A stretch of 63,864 bases of DNA, the filler included, from Klebsormidium nitens (lineage: Eukaryota; Plantae; Klebsormidiophyceae), in NCBI GenBank assembly GCA_000708835.1. It is 6 parts of 6 records of this genome, joined end to end, with 100 filler letters (N's around TTAATTAATTAA, not from the genome) between each part and the next. Parts side by side here need not be neighbours in the genome. Positions count along the whole stretch, not along the records: positions 1 to 24,561 come from DF237850.1; positions 24,662 to 42,644 come from DF237956.1; 4 more parts are not named here. One strand, written 5' to 3'. The stretch's first letter is position 1, and each line of letters opens with the position of its first letter. Under the pieces are notes generated by a model, which saw only the letters and a program-made list of their open reading frames with translations, did not search any database and was not told the DNA's origin. The position numbers and the translations under genes were made by a program. This document shows positions 22,701 through 36,100 of the stretch, piece by piece.

Positions 22701-24500
22701 GCACAGAGAGGTTAATACTGTGATGGACACGGGGTCCGACTTCTAACAAACAGCAGATCTACTAGAAGATGAGACCCTGAAGCCATAGAAACGTTTTGGA
22801 CTCTGAAATATCGAAGATCTGCATAACCAAGACAAGCTGGCACCCACCTCTTGCGACCAGTCCAGCGAGTAGATGTGAGACGTCTGCATCAAGCTCAACC
22901 AGCCCGTTCCACAGGGGGGCGGCACTTTGGGGCAAGGAGCGCACAATCCCGCCATTCTGCTCAGTTCCTCAAAATCCCGCGCCACCAGCTGGCTCACTCT
23001 CACCGGCTGCTTCAGCAGAGTGACCGGGGGGTCATGAACGGCCAACCCGTCTGTAGGGCGCACTAGCTTTGGAGTCTCGACCTGGATGCCCTCGGCGCCC
23101 ATGGGCATGACAACAGCAACACGTGCGGGTTCAACGTGTAGGCACGCCGTCGAAGGGCAAATGCAACTGCCGCATATGCGGATGACACGTGGCCCTTGCC
23201 CCCCGGCCGAGCATGTTGACGGCCCACCCTCCCCAAGGTCCGCCACATCTCCATGCACATCGCACGTTGCTTCTACCAGTGCCTGAGCTGCAAAGAAGGT
23301 TTTAGACCTCCGTTTCACCCCCCGTTGTGCAGACCCTGTGACCAGGGCCCCATTCTCCATCTCGGCTCGCGGACGCTTCCCAGTTGCGCTGCTATTCGCA
23401 GGACTACAGCACCGGCCTTCGCAGGGCTGCCTGTCAAGACCCACCCCACCGAACAGCGAGAGATGCTGCTTGCAAAAGCAGGCGACACCCTTGCATACTG
23501 CGTCGTGCCGCTCCCCCGCGACAAGACCGAGGAGATAACGCTCCTCATCCGTGAGGGCCTCCAGCTCTTCCTGGCTTCGCCGACTGCACAACTCCCTTCA
23601 CCAGCTTGCGGGGGAGTGGAAGCGGCGTGCTCCTTGCCAGCCCGCACCTCACCGTCCTTCTGGTGCAGCCATACTTTGGCCCGCTCCAACTGCAAATCTG
23701 AGAAGAGACAGCCCTCCAGTCTCCTCCACCCCTCTCTCCTCTGCAGCGCTCGTTTGACCTCCTGAAGGTGACTGCAATCGGTCGTCTTGCTGCAGCCTGC
23801 ACGCCTCCCCTCGCAGTACCACTCGAACTCTGCCCCCGCGCTGAAGTGCACCATCGTCCTCTTAGGCGAGGTGGAACCCGCATTCCAGTACACCCCGAAC
23901 ACTCTCTGCCCCACGCTACTGCACGGCACCTCCACCACCCGTTGCCCCTTCTGAAATGACCGGTGGCTTGATTGCCGACGTTCCTGGAGCGCTTGTAATG
24001 CCAGTTTGTGAACGCAAGCTGCGCCAAAGCTCAAACGGCCACGATCGCACGTGCAACTCGGGTTCCCCATCGTGTCCCAGTACACCGTCTCGAGCAAGGC
24101 GTTGCTCTTGGTGGGTCGCCCCAGAGGCTTGGGCCTCGCAGCGTTGTGGTTCCACGCGGTCATCAGAAACACAGAGCTGCTGGAACCCTCCTCGTCGATG
24201 CTATAGATTGCGCAATCGCCACTCATAAGGATGGTCACGAACCGTCCAGCTTGAGCCACAAGCGTGAGCTGCCCGTCTACATCTCGTTCTTCTTCTCTCC
24301 TATAGCGAAGCTGCGAGGAGGAGCTCGGAGTTCATGGACCAGTCAAAGGTGAAGTGGTGCCTGGTGGCAAAAACTTTGATCCGCGTGATATCGAGTGCAC
24401 GAGTCAATCTACAGTCTAGATGTGACGTCTGCCCTAAAGCCTCAGCTATAAAGCGGCAATACGACCAGAGAACGAAGCGGAAACTCTGTCGCCTATGCAG
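19784..24500 (-). mobile_element. Kyakuja-Dileera-Zisupton (KDZ) transposase gene with SWIM zinc fingers and Cys clusters, frameshifted
   Basis: SWIM CTCDRGRLSFGAACVH; Cys-rich segments; IYCCTCPEKHTVHFNGEALGLYAWT. Catalytic core HTKGGFVFCCPHRVIYGFHAMLRGESPRD...YDNACKL...DR|FHFQRMGAEAHKCGPSFNP|DYYDAVRWVNTSAVESCNSFL (spliced). Frameshifts near 21320 and 19965, among others. The 5' end runs toward the gap at 24562; termini not located. Confidence 0.85.
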
Positions 24501-25500
24501 CAGCCATGGAAACCCTGGAAGCGCCCTCTTGCAGAAACCAGAGTTCTGTGTTATATGCTGANNNNNNNNNNNNNNNNNNNNNNNNNNNNNNNNNNNNNNN
24601 NNNNNTTAATTAATTAANNNNNNNNNNNNNNNNNNNNNNNNNNNNNNNNNNNNNNNNNNNNGTCTTTGCAGGGTCCTTTGTGTCAAACAGCAAACTACGT
24701 CCGAGAGGCGTTCGAGAATTTAGCAAGAATATGTAACCATGAGATTTTCTGGTGAGTCGAGGCCGGGCTTTGTCTCTCAGTTTTGACTCTTCCGAGTCTT
24801 CGTCCCAGCCTGCCTTGGTTTGGAGTTGCACCAAGTATTAGGTCCTATTAGGAAGAGTTAAAAAGTGTGTGAGTAAGGAGGAGAGGACTCTGAGGAGCGT
24901 ACCGACGTTTGGGAGCAGTGTAAATTGTAATAGGTAAGTCTGTTGAGTGTTCTCCAAGCCCGCCTTTGTTTGCACATATTGCTTAACAACTCATGTCAAG
25001 GAGCAGGAACAATCAGACGGAAAGGCGGTCGCACCACCAAGCAAGGTTTGCTCATTGGTAAGGTCATTCGGTCCCCTTTTGCTGGTACTTCTGGTATCTA
25101 TCTTCAAGCTTTTGAAGAACAAACTGGATTCTGGCGTCCAAATGGATGGTAACGTGCTGGTAAGTCTGCAAGGCAATCTGAAAACGTGCGTGCAGAATAG
25201 CGCTTCAACACTAGCACCACTTCCTCGAACAGATGGTGGTGCATTCAGGTTGCTTCCGACGATCTCAATCCGAATCCAAGTATTAATGCTACTGAGTAGC
25301 ATTGAACTGATTGAGCACTTTTTCCGAGCAGCCTCCAATGCACACTTGTGTTGCTTGAGGTGTAATGTTAAATTGAATCAACGTGCACCGCGGTTTTGGA
25401 CTCAAAAGTTAGACACCAACCTCTTTCAATGTGGTAAACTCTCTGAAAAGTTGATGCAAAGACGTAGCTTCATTTCCTGCTGGCAGATCCTTCTGTGACC

Positions 25501-28500
25501 ATGGAGGAGGGCGAGCTGCTGGAAGAAGGAGAATTGAGTGACGTTGAGGCGGCTGCTCCCATCCACATCGAAGAGCCTCGTCAAGCCTCCAATCGGCATG
25601 ACGCAGACAGGAGCGTCGAGCCGCCTTTCAAACGGCGCCGAAGATTTGAGGACGAACCCGGCGCTTCTCCATCCGCTTCCATTGACATCGTCTCTCCAGC
25701 GCGCTCGTCGGGTCGAAATGGCGTGGAAGTGGTGCAGGCCCCCACCGCAAAGGATGACATCATCAGGGCGTCCCCTGCTGACCAGCAGGAGGCGCAGCGG
25801 CGCCGCGAGGTCCACTCTGAGCTGGTCGCCCTGTACAAGGCTTACAGCAAGGTGAAACAGGGGGCGGCCCGGTGCCACGCGCAGAAAGGGGGGCAACTCG
25901 TCAAGGAAGCCGAGACGGCGCTCATGGCGGTTGCGGATGCAACCAAAGGTGCGCCTTTTTGTGGAGCACATTGCGCGGTTGGCGCCAGCAGAGGCTATGT
26001 GTTCGTAACGAAGTTGGAGCAAGTATTGCAGGAGACAGACAATTAGTTGGTAGCAGCCTGTGCATGCTTGGTATGAGGAATCTTTTATAAAAGCTGCACT
26101 AAATGCGGCACAAAGTATCGGGGGCAGAAAGAAATGAGTACAGGTCTTGATATTCCAAATACTCTCCAACCAAGATCCAGGGCCACTTGCGCGCAATGAC
26201 TGAGAACCTGCTCAAATCGCAGTCATATGAATCCCAGCCGTGATCTTCTCTTGCAGGCCCTCCAGAGGTGGCCCACATTGCAGCCAGCCTCCTGCCCCGG
26301 TATGCGGTCCTCTGCCCCCAACTCCTGCAAGCCACATTCGAGGCACTGCGCGAGTTGTACCTCTCGATCCAAGAAAGCGCCAGTGACGACGGCAGAAGCC
26401 AAGCAGCGGCCGCTAAAGTCGCGCAATCAACACTGGGGGGCATGGTGGAATTGCTGGCCGCAGTAACGGCGGGGGTAAGGTCGGGGAGCCTAGAACCACA
26501 GGAAGCGGCGGACGTGCCAGACAGAGTGGCATCGTTTCTCTTGGAGGAACTGGGGTCTGAGATGCTGCCGCGACCTAGAGCTGAATACTCCCGGGACGAG
26601 GTTCTTCATGGTAGCTCATCAGCGCCTTTCTTCGGACCGTCGGACCCGTATGGTTATCTCCGGAGAGCTGTCACGAGTCCTTCCGCAGTCGCCATGACAG
26701 CGCGGCTCACGGCTGCGGCGGCTGCTTCGGGGTTCGTTGCATCGCCGTGCGCTTTCCTCAAGGCCGCGTTCAGCGGACTTGCGGGGTCGGAAAAGGAGCA
26801 AGGAGCCTCTGCGCACTTCCTAGAGAGTATTCTCACCACAGAGTTTGCTGAGGAACCAAAGCACGACGAGGGGGCAGAGAATGGGGAACCGGAGGAGGGG
26901 GAGGTTGGTGTAAACGAGCCCGAAGCCAATGGCTTCGAGCCTTCGAATATGAGCTGGGTTGCGGCCGTGCTGCATCCCAGGCCCGAAGTCGAGCGGTGGG
27001 TTGTCCGGGCGGTGAGGCAGAGCAAGGCGGGGGCGGGGACCCAATGGCCGCTTTTGGAGAAACTGGTAGAGGCGCTGAAAACCGCGGATGCTTCCAGCCT
27101 GGGGGGGATAACGGAGGACGAGGCGCAGGCGGGCGCCCCTGAGTACCACTCGGTAGAGGCGGATAAGAGTGCGGACGAGGAAAAGGCGGCGGAAGGGGCC
27201 TCCGCCGATGCAAAACTAGAAACTCAAGCGGGGGACGGGAGGACAGACGCTTCAAGTGCCAAGCTGGCAGTTGAGGCAAACAATGAGCCACAAAAGGGGC
27301 CAGCCGAGACCTCCTACGGGAATGGCGCTACTGGGGGGGAAATAAGGGCAGGGGAAGCGCCCCCCCCCGAGCGTCGGGCGCGGTCGCCCAGCCAGGACAG
27401 TCAGGACAGCTGGGCCAACGGGCGGCGGGGGGGCAGAGCCGAAAAGGGCGAGAGGCCGCCCAAGAGGCGAAGGTACAGCAGCAGCGACAGCGAGGGGGGG
27501 CGGCAGCAGGTGCGATCACCCCCCCGAAAAGGGGAGGTGTTGCGGGGGGTGGGCCAGCCGAGCTGGTACGCTGAGGGGGATCCGAAGGCGTTTGACGTGT
27601 TCCCCGCATCGCGGCACCTGTGGGTCGGGTCGCTCGTGAAGGGCGTGAACGACGATATGTTGCGGCAGCAGTTTGAGCGGTACGGGCCGGTGGAAAAGGC
27701 GACGGCGATCTGGAGCCGGCAGCACGGGTTCATCGACTTCGTCAAGATGCACGATGCCGTCAGGGCGAGGGAAGCGATGCAGGGAGAGCTGGTTTGGGGC
27801 CACCAGAGATTAGCCATCCGCTTCTCGGATGGGGGGCGGAAGAAGTCACCGGAACGGGGGGGCGGGGGCAGCCTTGCGATCTGGGTGGGGGGATTGATAG
27901 CCAGCGCGCAAAGGAGGATCTGTTGCGAGATTTAAAGGCGGGAGGGGTGGTGGATGCGCGGAACGTGACTGTGCTGCTGACCGCCAGCGCTCTGCTGCTG
28001 GAGTATGAGGCGCCGGAGGATGCGGCGGCGGCGATCGTGCACATACGAGCACAGCGGGCCAAAGGATCAGGTGCGTAGCGATTCTCATTTGTTGATGGAC
28101 TCCTCCTGTTGCATCCATTTGGAAAGTCGTCCCCGAAAGCAACTTTTGCTGGGAGCAAGCGGCGGGGGATGTCTACAGTTTGACGACTCCGAGAACCGTC
28201 GAATGGTTCGCATTTATGTTGGGCACATTTGTGACATCATCCTCTTTTTTTTGTTGGATTCCTCTTTGCCCTTAACGCTCTCTTGTTCTCTCTTCGAAAA
28301 CCTCAAGTCGACCCATGTTTCTTTGCTGCTCTCGTAGCGTTGCATACATCCCGTCTCCTCCTCAGCTTCCAAATGTCTGTCAGGCCAGGTATTACAACCA
28401 GACCATCTCTGAAAGTCTCTGAAAACGGAAAGAGACCCCTTTTACGTCCTTCCTTTTCCGCAGGCGTTAAGACTGAGCCACCTCCACCGCGCCCACGGAG

Positions 28501-31500
28501 CCGAAGCCGCGAGAGGCTGCGATCACGCTCCCGGGAGCGCGCACGGTCTTCTTCCCGCTCTCGTTCCCGGTCTCGGTCAAGGTCTCGGCGGGTCCGGGCC
28601 GCCAGCCGCGACAGGGGGGCCGACTCGGAAGACGATGACGTGTTTACCAACCCGCCAAGGTGAGAAGTCCTTATGCCGATCAGACCTGGATTTTAAAGAG
28701 CTGGAAGGATCAGGCAAATGCAAAGACAGAAGGCCTGAAAGGAGCAAGCTCCAGGATTACGAATCAAAGGGTCGAATTTACTTACTATTATACTATTTGG
28801 GTTTTCAAACTACGTGTACAGGCCGTGGGTGAGCCGACCATTTCAGCTCCATACCTATTGCAAAATGTTCCAGGAGAAAGCCAACCGAAAAGGGTAGACT
28901 GTTTCCGTGAACCACTTGTGGTGCTTCTAACCAGCCTGTGAGTGGACTGTTTTACAGGCCGGGCGTGCTTCCTACCTCCCCCTTTCTTCCTTGTCTGCGA
29001 TTCGCCAGAAGCCATCGTCTTTTGAGGAGCCAGTAATAGTCCCTTTTTTCCTGAACACATGTCACGGACCATCGAACACAAACCACGTTTGCGATCATCA
29101 TATGTATATCAGCAAAGGGGCACTACCACAGCCGGGCGGACCCCCAGAAATGGACTCAAGCGTCCACGGGACCCAAACAACGCAAAGCACAGACGTGCAA
29201 AATTCTATTTGGGTAGGGTAGAAGCATACCGTCTGTCTCCCGCTAATCGGGTCACCGTAAACGCAGATCATCACTGAAAGTATTTCGCATCTTATTTCAG
29301 CTTGTGGGTGGGCCGCGTGGATGCGCACGTGTCGGAGGACGAGCTGCTGGGCGCATTCCGGCAGTACGGCCCCGTCATCGACTGGCGCTTCCTGCGCCAC
29401 TCGCAGTGCGCGTTCATCAACTACGAGCACCCGCGCGAGGCCGCCGCCGCAAAAGACAGCCTCAGCGGGGCCCAGTTCGGCGGAATGCAGATCAACATCG
29501 AATTCAAGCGGCCTCGTACGCGCGGACGAAGCCCCGACCGCTTCGCTCTCCGCGCGCGGGGGTTCGTTTCCGGGGGGGAAGGCCGGGCCACGAACACGCT
29601 GTGGGTGGGGTACCCCCCGAAGAGCAATCCGGATCTGCCGACGGAAAGAGAGCTGGAGCGGATGTGCGACAATGCTGCGGGGACGAAGGGGAGCGTGACG
29701 AACATGAGGAATAGCCGGACGGTGAAGGGCCCGTGCTGGTTCGTGGAGTTTAGTAGCGTGGACGCGGCAAGCGCGGCGCTGGAGGTGCTGCGGAGGAAAC
29801 TGGACGCGAGCATGCAGGTCAAGTACAGGTGAGCCTGCCGGGCTGCGAAAACGGTGGAGATACTGACAAGGGACTCAACGTTTGTTCTCTACCTCTCCTT
29901 GCCGTTCATCACCAATGGGGTAGTAGCCCCAAACTTTTCTGCAATCACATGCGATCACCTCAAATGAAGTCCATCTTAATTGACACGTCAAAATTAACGT
30001 CCTTCAGAAAGAAGTATGGCGTACGGTAGGCGTCCTCAATGTTTGTGACCTGGGCTTGCCAGGCACTTTCCAGTTATGAAGGGCGACACATAAGAATGAT
30101 ACTACAAGAGCTTCTGCAGTCTTCTCATCCTAAGATATGACCGGGCCTGACATTGAAAGAAATAATTTTTCGGCTGTCATTGCACAACTCCCAGAGTGCT
30201 CAGGAGAACCTATTTCTGAGTCGAATCGCTCGATCCATGTGCAGCAACTCAGCGCAGTCGCTCGAGAAGACTGAGATCCAGCAGGCGCAGCTCGCGCGCT
30301 CGGAGAGCGGCCGCGACCGTCGCGACCGTTCCCGCGAGCACGACCGCCGGCGCGGCGGCCCCGACGAGCCACTGCGCCGCGACGCGTCGCACCGGCGCGA
30401 GTTCTCCTACTCTCCGCTGCACGAAAGGGGCCGAAGCCGCGGGGAGGAAGGGGCGAAGCGGGGAAAAGAGGCGACCACAGAAGCGGAGCTCGACGCGAAT
30501 CTGGTCGCCGAACTAGAGTCGGTGGCGGTGTCCCCCGGGGAGAAGAAGAAGCGGGCGGGCGACGGGGACCTTGCGGCGCGCGTCAAGGAGCGGCTGCGGC
30601 AGAGCCTCGAGAAGAAGCGCGAGGAGGCGCGCCACGTGGGCGCTGACGTCAGCACGGGGGTTGCCGCACCGGCGGAGAACCCTGCGGCCCCCGAGGCCTT
30701 GCAGAGGCCGCCTTTCAGGGCGCCAGGCCCAGAAGCCGTGACGCCCGCCGGTCCGCCCCCCGGTTTACAGGGCCCTTTTAGCCCCGCAGTGGTTCCCCCG
30801 AACCTGCAAACTCCCTCAGCTGCAATCGGGGCGGCAGGTTTCGGCGGGGGTTTTCAAGCAGGGTTACGGGCAGACAATGGTGGGGCCAGCGGGAGGGGGA
30901 GCGTTCTGTGGGAAGGCCCGCTGTGCAAAAGTGGCGCGCCGTACTGTCGGGTGGCTATGGTCGCGGAGAACGTTCCGGGGTGCTGGTACGAAGGGGCCAT
31001 TCACGAGCCTGCCGGGTAAGCGTTCGTTTGGCAAGCCTTGACTACGGCTTCCTTGTCTGGGTGGCAAGACCTCGTTGTAACTCGTTGTATCAGCCAGTGG
31101 CGTGGGGTTCTGGCTGAGTTAGATTTTATGTCCTGCAAAAGTAGATGAATAACTCCGTGTTGGGTCGTTGCCCTGGCTTCCGGCCTGGTCCTGGATCTTG
31201 ACAGACGGAGGGTCTATTGCCCAACTTCTTACCTCATCTGCAACGGACCTCGTTCGATGAGTTAAGTCCAAGAAGATTTCCCCGTTTTCCTTCCGGATTA
31301 GTGACCCGTCTAACCTTGTTCAGGTGGCCGGACCGGCTCGACATAACCAAGCGCTCTGACCTGCGGGGTCTTTTGGAGGTGACGCTGCGCGGTGCAGCCA
31401 GCACGCAGAAAGAGGTCTGCCGCCTTATTGTGACTGACGAGAACAGCGGACAGGGGGTAAGCAGACGAGCCTGGCGTGAGCCTCGTAAATAAACTTGCCC

Positions 31501-32070
31501 ACATTTCACCCCGTCACCTCATCCTTTGCTGCATGGATCGTAACGTGTCTGCTTACCACTTGTGCCTCTCTGCAACATGCGTCTTTCCACAAATCCTATA
31601 ATCGCACCACTTTGAAGATATCCGCTTGACTCGTATCGTTAGACCTTTCTTGCGTAGTTCTTTATGTAGTAAGAGTCTGGCATGTCGGTCACGGCTGCTT
31701 GGTCCGGGAAGGCCATATGTCTCTCAAAACGGTTAGCCTGGGATGGGTCAAAACATGGTCACAAGTCGTAGATACTCGTTCCCCCTGTTCTCGTTCCCCC
31801 TGTTCTCTAACAGCCGAATGTCTTCTCGTGCAGTTCGGTGCTCTAGTGGAGTATCTGACTTCCCGGGAAAGAGCAGGGGTGGTCTCGCTCCCCCCATACG
31901 CGCCCGGCCGTTGGCCTCGTCATCTCCACGTCATCCCCTGGTCCGCTCAGGCGTGCGCCCTGCTCAAGGTGCCAGAAGAACCCCGCAAGTGCCTGCTCGG
32001 CCTGGCCCTGCCGGCTAGCGCGCTCGTGCCGTCATCTAACCCCAAGCAGGAGCAGGTAAAGAAAGGCTAA
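25501..32070 (+). CDS. Multi-RRM, RS-rich, SPOC-domain RNA-binding protein (Spen/FPA-related; plant AT1G27750-like N-terminus)
   Basis: RRMs ASRHLWVGSL...HGFIDF and PPS|LWVGRV...CAFINY, plus two degenerate RRMs; RS-repeat exon 28360-28660; SPOC WEGPLCKSG...WPDRLDITKRSD...FGALVEYLTSRERAGVV. Confidence 0.85.
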
Positions 32071-32321
32071 AAATATGGCGCATGTGGTTTCCAGGTTAAC
32101 GGTCAGAGCCGGGGTTGTGCTTTGTGCCAGATTTTGAAGCCTGCTGGATATTAGGAGCTGCGCATTCACGATCTCGCAAGAGCGTGTGAAGCAGTAGCCT
32201 GAACACTGGCACTTGCAGCTTCAGATTGATACCAGATGATGGGGATACAACTCAATGAATCGCAAGAGTGTGGCCCTCATTCATGTGTTTTGTCTATACG
32301 TGATCGAAGTTCTCAAAGCCT

Positions 32322-32700
32322 CGCCTTCTACGCTGTTCCCGAGGTGGAAAGCGCGCACGCTGACGCATGATGGCATCCGAGATGCGCTGTACTCCATCCT
32401 GCGAGACTCAGGTGTTCAGCATCCGCCCGAAGGCGAGGGGCATCTTTTTGCTGAGAGACTGAGAGACGGAGGGGAGAGTGATGGATGCTGATGTTCTAGC
32501 ATCGCCGGACTACGCTTGCACATTATATTCAAATGGACTGTGGTGGACATAGACGGCCATGATGCAGGAGTGTTGCCCAGGCTTCGCGCGTGCGTTCCAA
32601 GGGAACGTGTCCAAAGCCTACCCTTCATAGCCGAGAAGGAGATATGTTGAACCAGCCACTCGTGCATGCAGGCCGGCAGCAGATTGCATGGTCATTATCA
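32322..32700 (+). mobile_element. Degraded C-terminal CCHC/restriction-like endonuclease region of a CRE/R2-type non-LTR retrotransposon
   Basis: Across frameshifts: RLLRCSRGGK/RTLTHDGIRDALYSILRDSG...GGRV(M)D..., matching the C-x-x-G-G-x-R-x-x-x-H-D/N motif followed by the R.D segment of the RLE domain. Confidence 0.6.
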
Positions 32701-33168
32701 TGGACCTTTGACTTAACTTAATTACACATCGTTGTCCTAAGCAAACGATAGCAGCATCAACTACAGGTCCGCATACACTATGAGGTCGATTGGCTTCTCG
32801 CGCTCATAATATTCAAGCAATGTCATACATTACAATCGCACTTTATTGGAACGAATTTGAGACCCCACTCAAAAGCGGAAAATCTTCATGGGAAAGCACA
32901 CGACTGTATGCTGCGAATTCCAGGCTTCACTCGGGCACTCGGGCATTATGTACCACCAAGACATGCATACACCAGAGACTTGGTTCTCTGTAATTCAGCA
33001 TGGCCGATGTCTAGAGACGTTAATGTTGTTGAAAGAGCAACAGAGGAAGAAAATTGAGCTACAGAAGCTTGAGCTCTTGCTGAGGAGTTGGTCCTCCACA
33101 TCCGACTAACATTCTGCCACGTCTCTTGCACGATTTACTTCTATCTGGACACGTTGCACGATCTACTT

Positions 33169-36100
33169 CTATCTGGACACGTCGTCAGACAAGTCATCAT
33201 CGGACAGCTCTTTGTCAGGCAACACTAACATTTTTTTGGGGATGCGCGGAACCTTGTTCCCCGCATCAGGCAGCTTCAGGCGAACCACCCATTGCTTGAT
33301 GCTCTTCAGCTCGGTAGGGACCTCGTCCCCTGGGAGAGCGCCTTTTGTCATGACCATCTCCCCATCCACACCTTTCTTTTTGGGACCGGTCCACGGCTGC
33401 CAACCATAGTTATCAAACTTCTCTCCTGGAACCGCAAGGACTACTCGAAGCTGCTTTCTACCGATGCGTTTCAGAAGGTCCAGAATTCCTTGCGCGCTGA
33501 TCCCATGCCCGGGGTTGCGCGTGAACTGGACAGCATATATCCAATNNNNNNNNNNNNNNNNNNNNCCTGATCTCTTGCGGTTGGCCGGACGTACGTGTGC
33601 TTCAGATCCGCCGGATTGATCCCCTCCTCCTTGCTGTCGGACACAAAATCCTTGCAGCTCCGGAACGCCTCCTTGATCTCTTCAACCGCTTCCTCCCGCT
33701 CTCCCGACTGACCCGGGTCATTCTCGGACACCTCCCCGCCCTCCCTCGCTCCCTCTTTCGCTCCCTCCTGCTTCCGAGGCCGACCCACCCGCTTTCGGAA
33801 CACCTCCTTGATGTCGTCGTCGTCCAGGTCTACGCCCAGGACGCACCTCACATGCCCGTACGCCTCCAACGAGGACCCTGAAATCTCGCCGACCCTAGGG
33901 TTGCTGGCAGCCGCGTGCAGCAGGTCCACTAGATCCTGCCATCGGCCCTCCTTGGCTTTTTGAAAGACGAGGTCCCCGATGCGCGGCGAACCGAGGCGGA
34001 ACCCATCAAATTCCAGATCTTTCGTCGCCTACATGGACAGATTGGAAAGGAGGTCAAGCGCTAATTGTCCCTCTGCAAGTGAGTGGATGCCGTCGTATAC
34101 ATGCTGGAGACCTATGAGAGCCAGGCACAACGCCACCTGCCTTTGCACTGCAAACATGCAAGCCATCTAAGGTAAAGACACGAGCACAACGAAGACCGAG
34201 CCAAATTCTGAATGGTCGGCTATCAGTCGACCCTCCTTTGCCTCAAGCTGACTCACTTCAATGTGCGCAAATGCGTGCCGTATGGCGCTCTCCGAAGGTG
34301 CTGCGCCAAGGCCATACAGGTCCACCGCCTCCAAAGCAGAGAGTGACCTCGCAAGATGCTCAAACGATCGGCCGGGGTCCGCCAAGACGCTCCTGACGAC
34401 CCCGCCAAACTGCTCGAAGCGATCCTCCGTCCGCTTTTGTGACATGTCAGGGTAGAAGCGCTGCCGGCACTCCAGCAACTCCTCTAGCGTCCACACGGGG
34501 AGCCACCAGACTTCAGCGTGCCTGCGACGTCAATTCATATTGTGAGCAGGTCACAGAAGCAAAGTGCCTGCTGTGGCAAGAGCGAGGGGTCAGACGGGGT
34601 GGAAGTCTGTCTATACCCGATGACTTAATGAGGAAGACGCAGGTGTAGGACAGCGAAAGGCCAGGTAATCAGAAACCTGAGAGGATTCAGAGACACCCTG
34701 CCAGGACTGCAACGTCGAAGATATACAGCCAGAATTCAATTGACCGTCATAACAGAACAGCATAAGATGAAGGAACGAGCAGCGAGCAAACTAAGATTTG
34801 CGCAATTCGAGCTCAGGCAAGAACCAAGGACCTTGGCCACCTTGAGGTCCAGGATCACTCCAACCATGAAGAAGTTAACTTTGGAGGTCTGTTGACGATG
34901 GTCCGAATACTTACTTCCCCTTGACGAACTCCATGTAATTGTCAGAATTGGGCGAGCACAGTACCACCCAGCGACCGTAGCCCGGGAACTGCGTTTCACG
35001 GGGAGCCCGTCCATCTTGTACTAGCCAGACAGAAGGGCGCTCGCAGAGGTCTGCAACACAAGAGAGGATGATCATTGCTGGTGAGCATGAGTAGAGCCCT
35101 GTCACTTCCCGCTTTATTGTAGCCCAAACCGAGAGGGAGTGCGCTTTCTTTAGAGGTGAATATACCGTCGCCTGACTTCCTGGGGGAACATGTTCACACT
35201 GAGCATCCACCAACATATAACCTTTGCAATTGTTTGAAGCCGGAACCCAACTATACCCCTTCGCTGCCAAACGATGGTTTCACAGTGCAACATGTCAAAC
35301 TGTTCGCTTACCTAGAATGGATTGCCAGTAAGCAGTGCCTTCAGACGCCTTTTTGACATTGATCGCCGACGGATTGGAGAAATCGAAGAAAAGTATGGTG
35401 TCCTTTCTGATCCTATCCATGTACCTGCGAGGCAGACTGATAGGGTTGGCACAGAAGAAGGAAGCACGTTGTCCCTCGTTGTGGAAGGCCTTGTTAGAAG
35501 GAAGGTGCTCAGCAACACATGCTAAAGCAGGCGACTACAAGGCGACTTCAGAGTCAGCCAGGACTGGTGTATGCACACCTGTATGCCACTTGTGCCCCCT
35601 GCTTTGCGAACCAGTGCAGGAGGAGGACAGCAAAGGCAGACTTTCCAATGCCCGGGGTGCCACTCAGGATGACCGCAAAGTTGTTCCCAAGAACCTCGAG
35701 CTTCTTCAGCACCGTGCGATAGCACTCCCGAATGACAATGCTATCCCTCAGGCCTGGCGGCAGTCCCTCCCGAAGCTCGGGCGGAATCTGGATGACTCCA
35801 CTGGCAGTGTCCGCTTGCGCAATGAACTCAGCGTACTTCTGAAGCCTCTCTGGAACAACAAGCAATTCAATAGTGTGGTGGGGGCTGACCACTGGCAGAT
35901 CAGACACTCTCGTGCGGATGCAAGAAACTCCACACCAGCCTCCCACACAGCGAATTGTTTGTGGTGGGCACTGCCCAGTGGCAGAACCTGAATTGTGCCA
36001 ATGCAGAAACTCTACACCAGTCAAACAGCACCTGAAACAGCGATCAAATAGAAGACAATGCTGACAGGTGCGACAAGCACTTCAGCACACCACGCCAAGA

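Noticed and set aside
24606-24617. TTAATTAATTAA inside N runs (also 42689-42700, 49492-49503, 58848-58859, 61899-61910)
   Set aside because: An identical 12-mer centred in gaps is a scaffolding linker, not biology. ORFs that run through it or through Ns are artefacts.
24661-25440. Protein-like fragments after the first gap
   Set aside because: Interrupted in all frames, with no family recognisable.
28991-29221. QNSIWVG suggesting an extra RRM exon
   Set aside because: It is immediately followed by TAG. The upstream donor at ~28660 splices in frame to the acceptor at ~29301, placing it in an intron.
33126-33181. 28-bp tandem duplication at the end of the Crinkler-like gene
   Set aside because: A local slippage duplication with no further structure.
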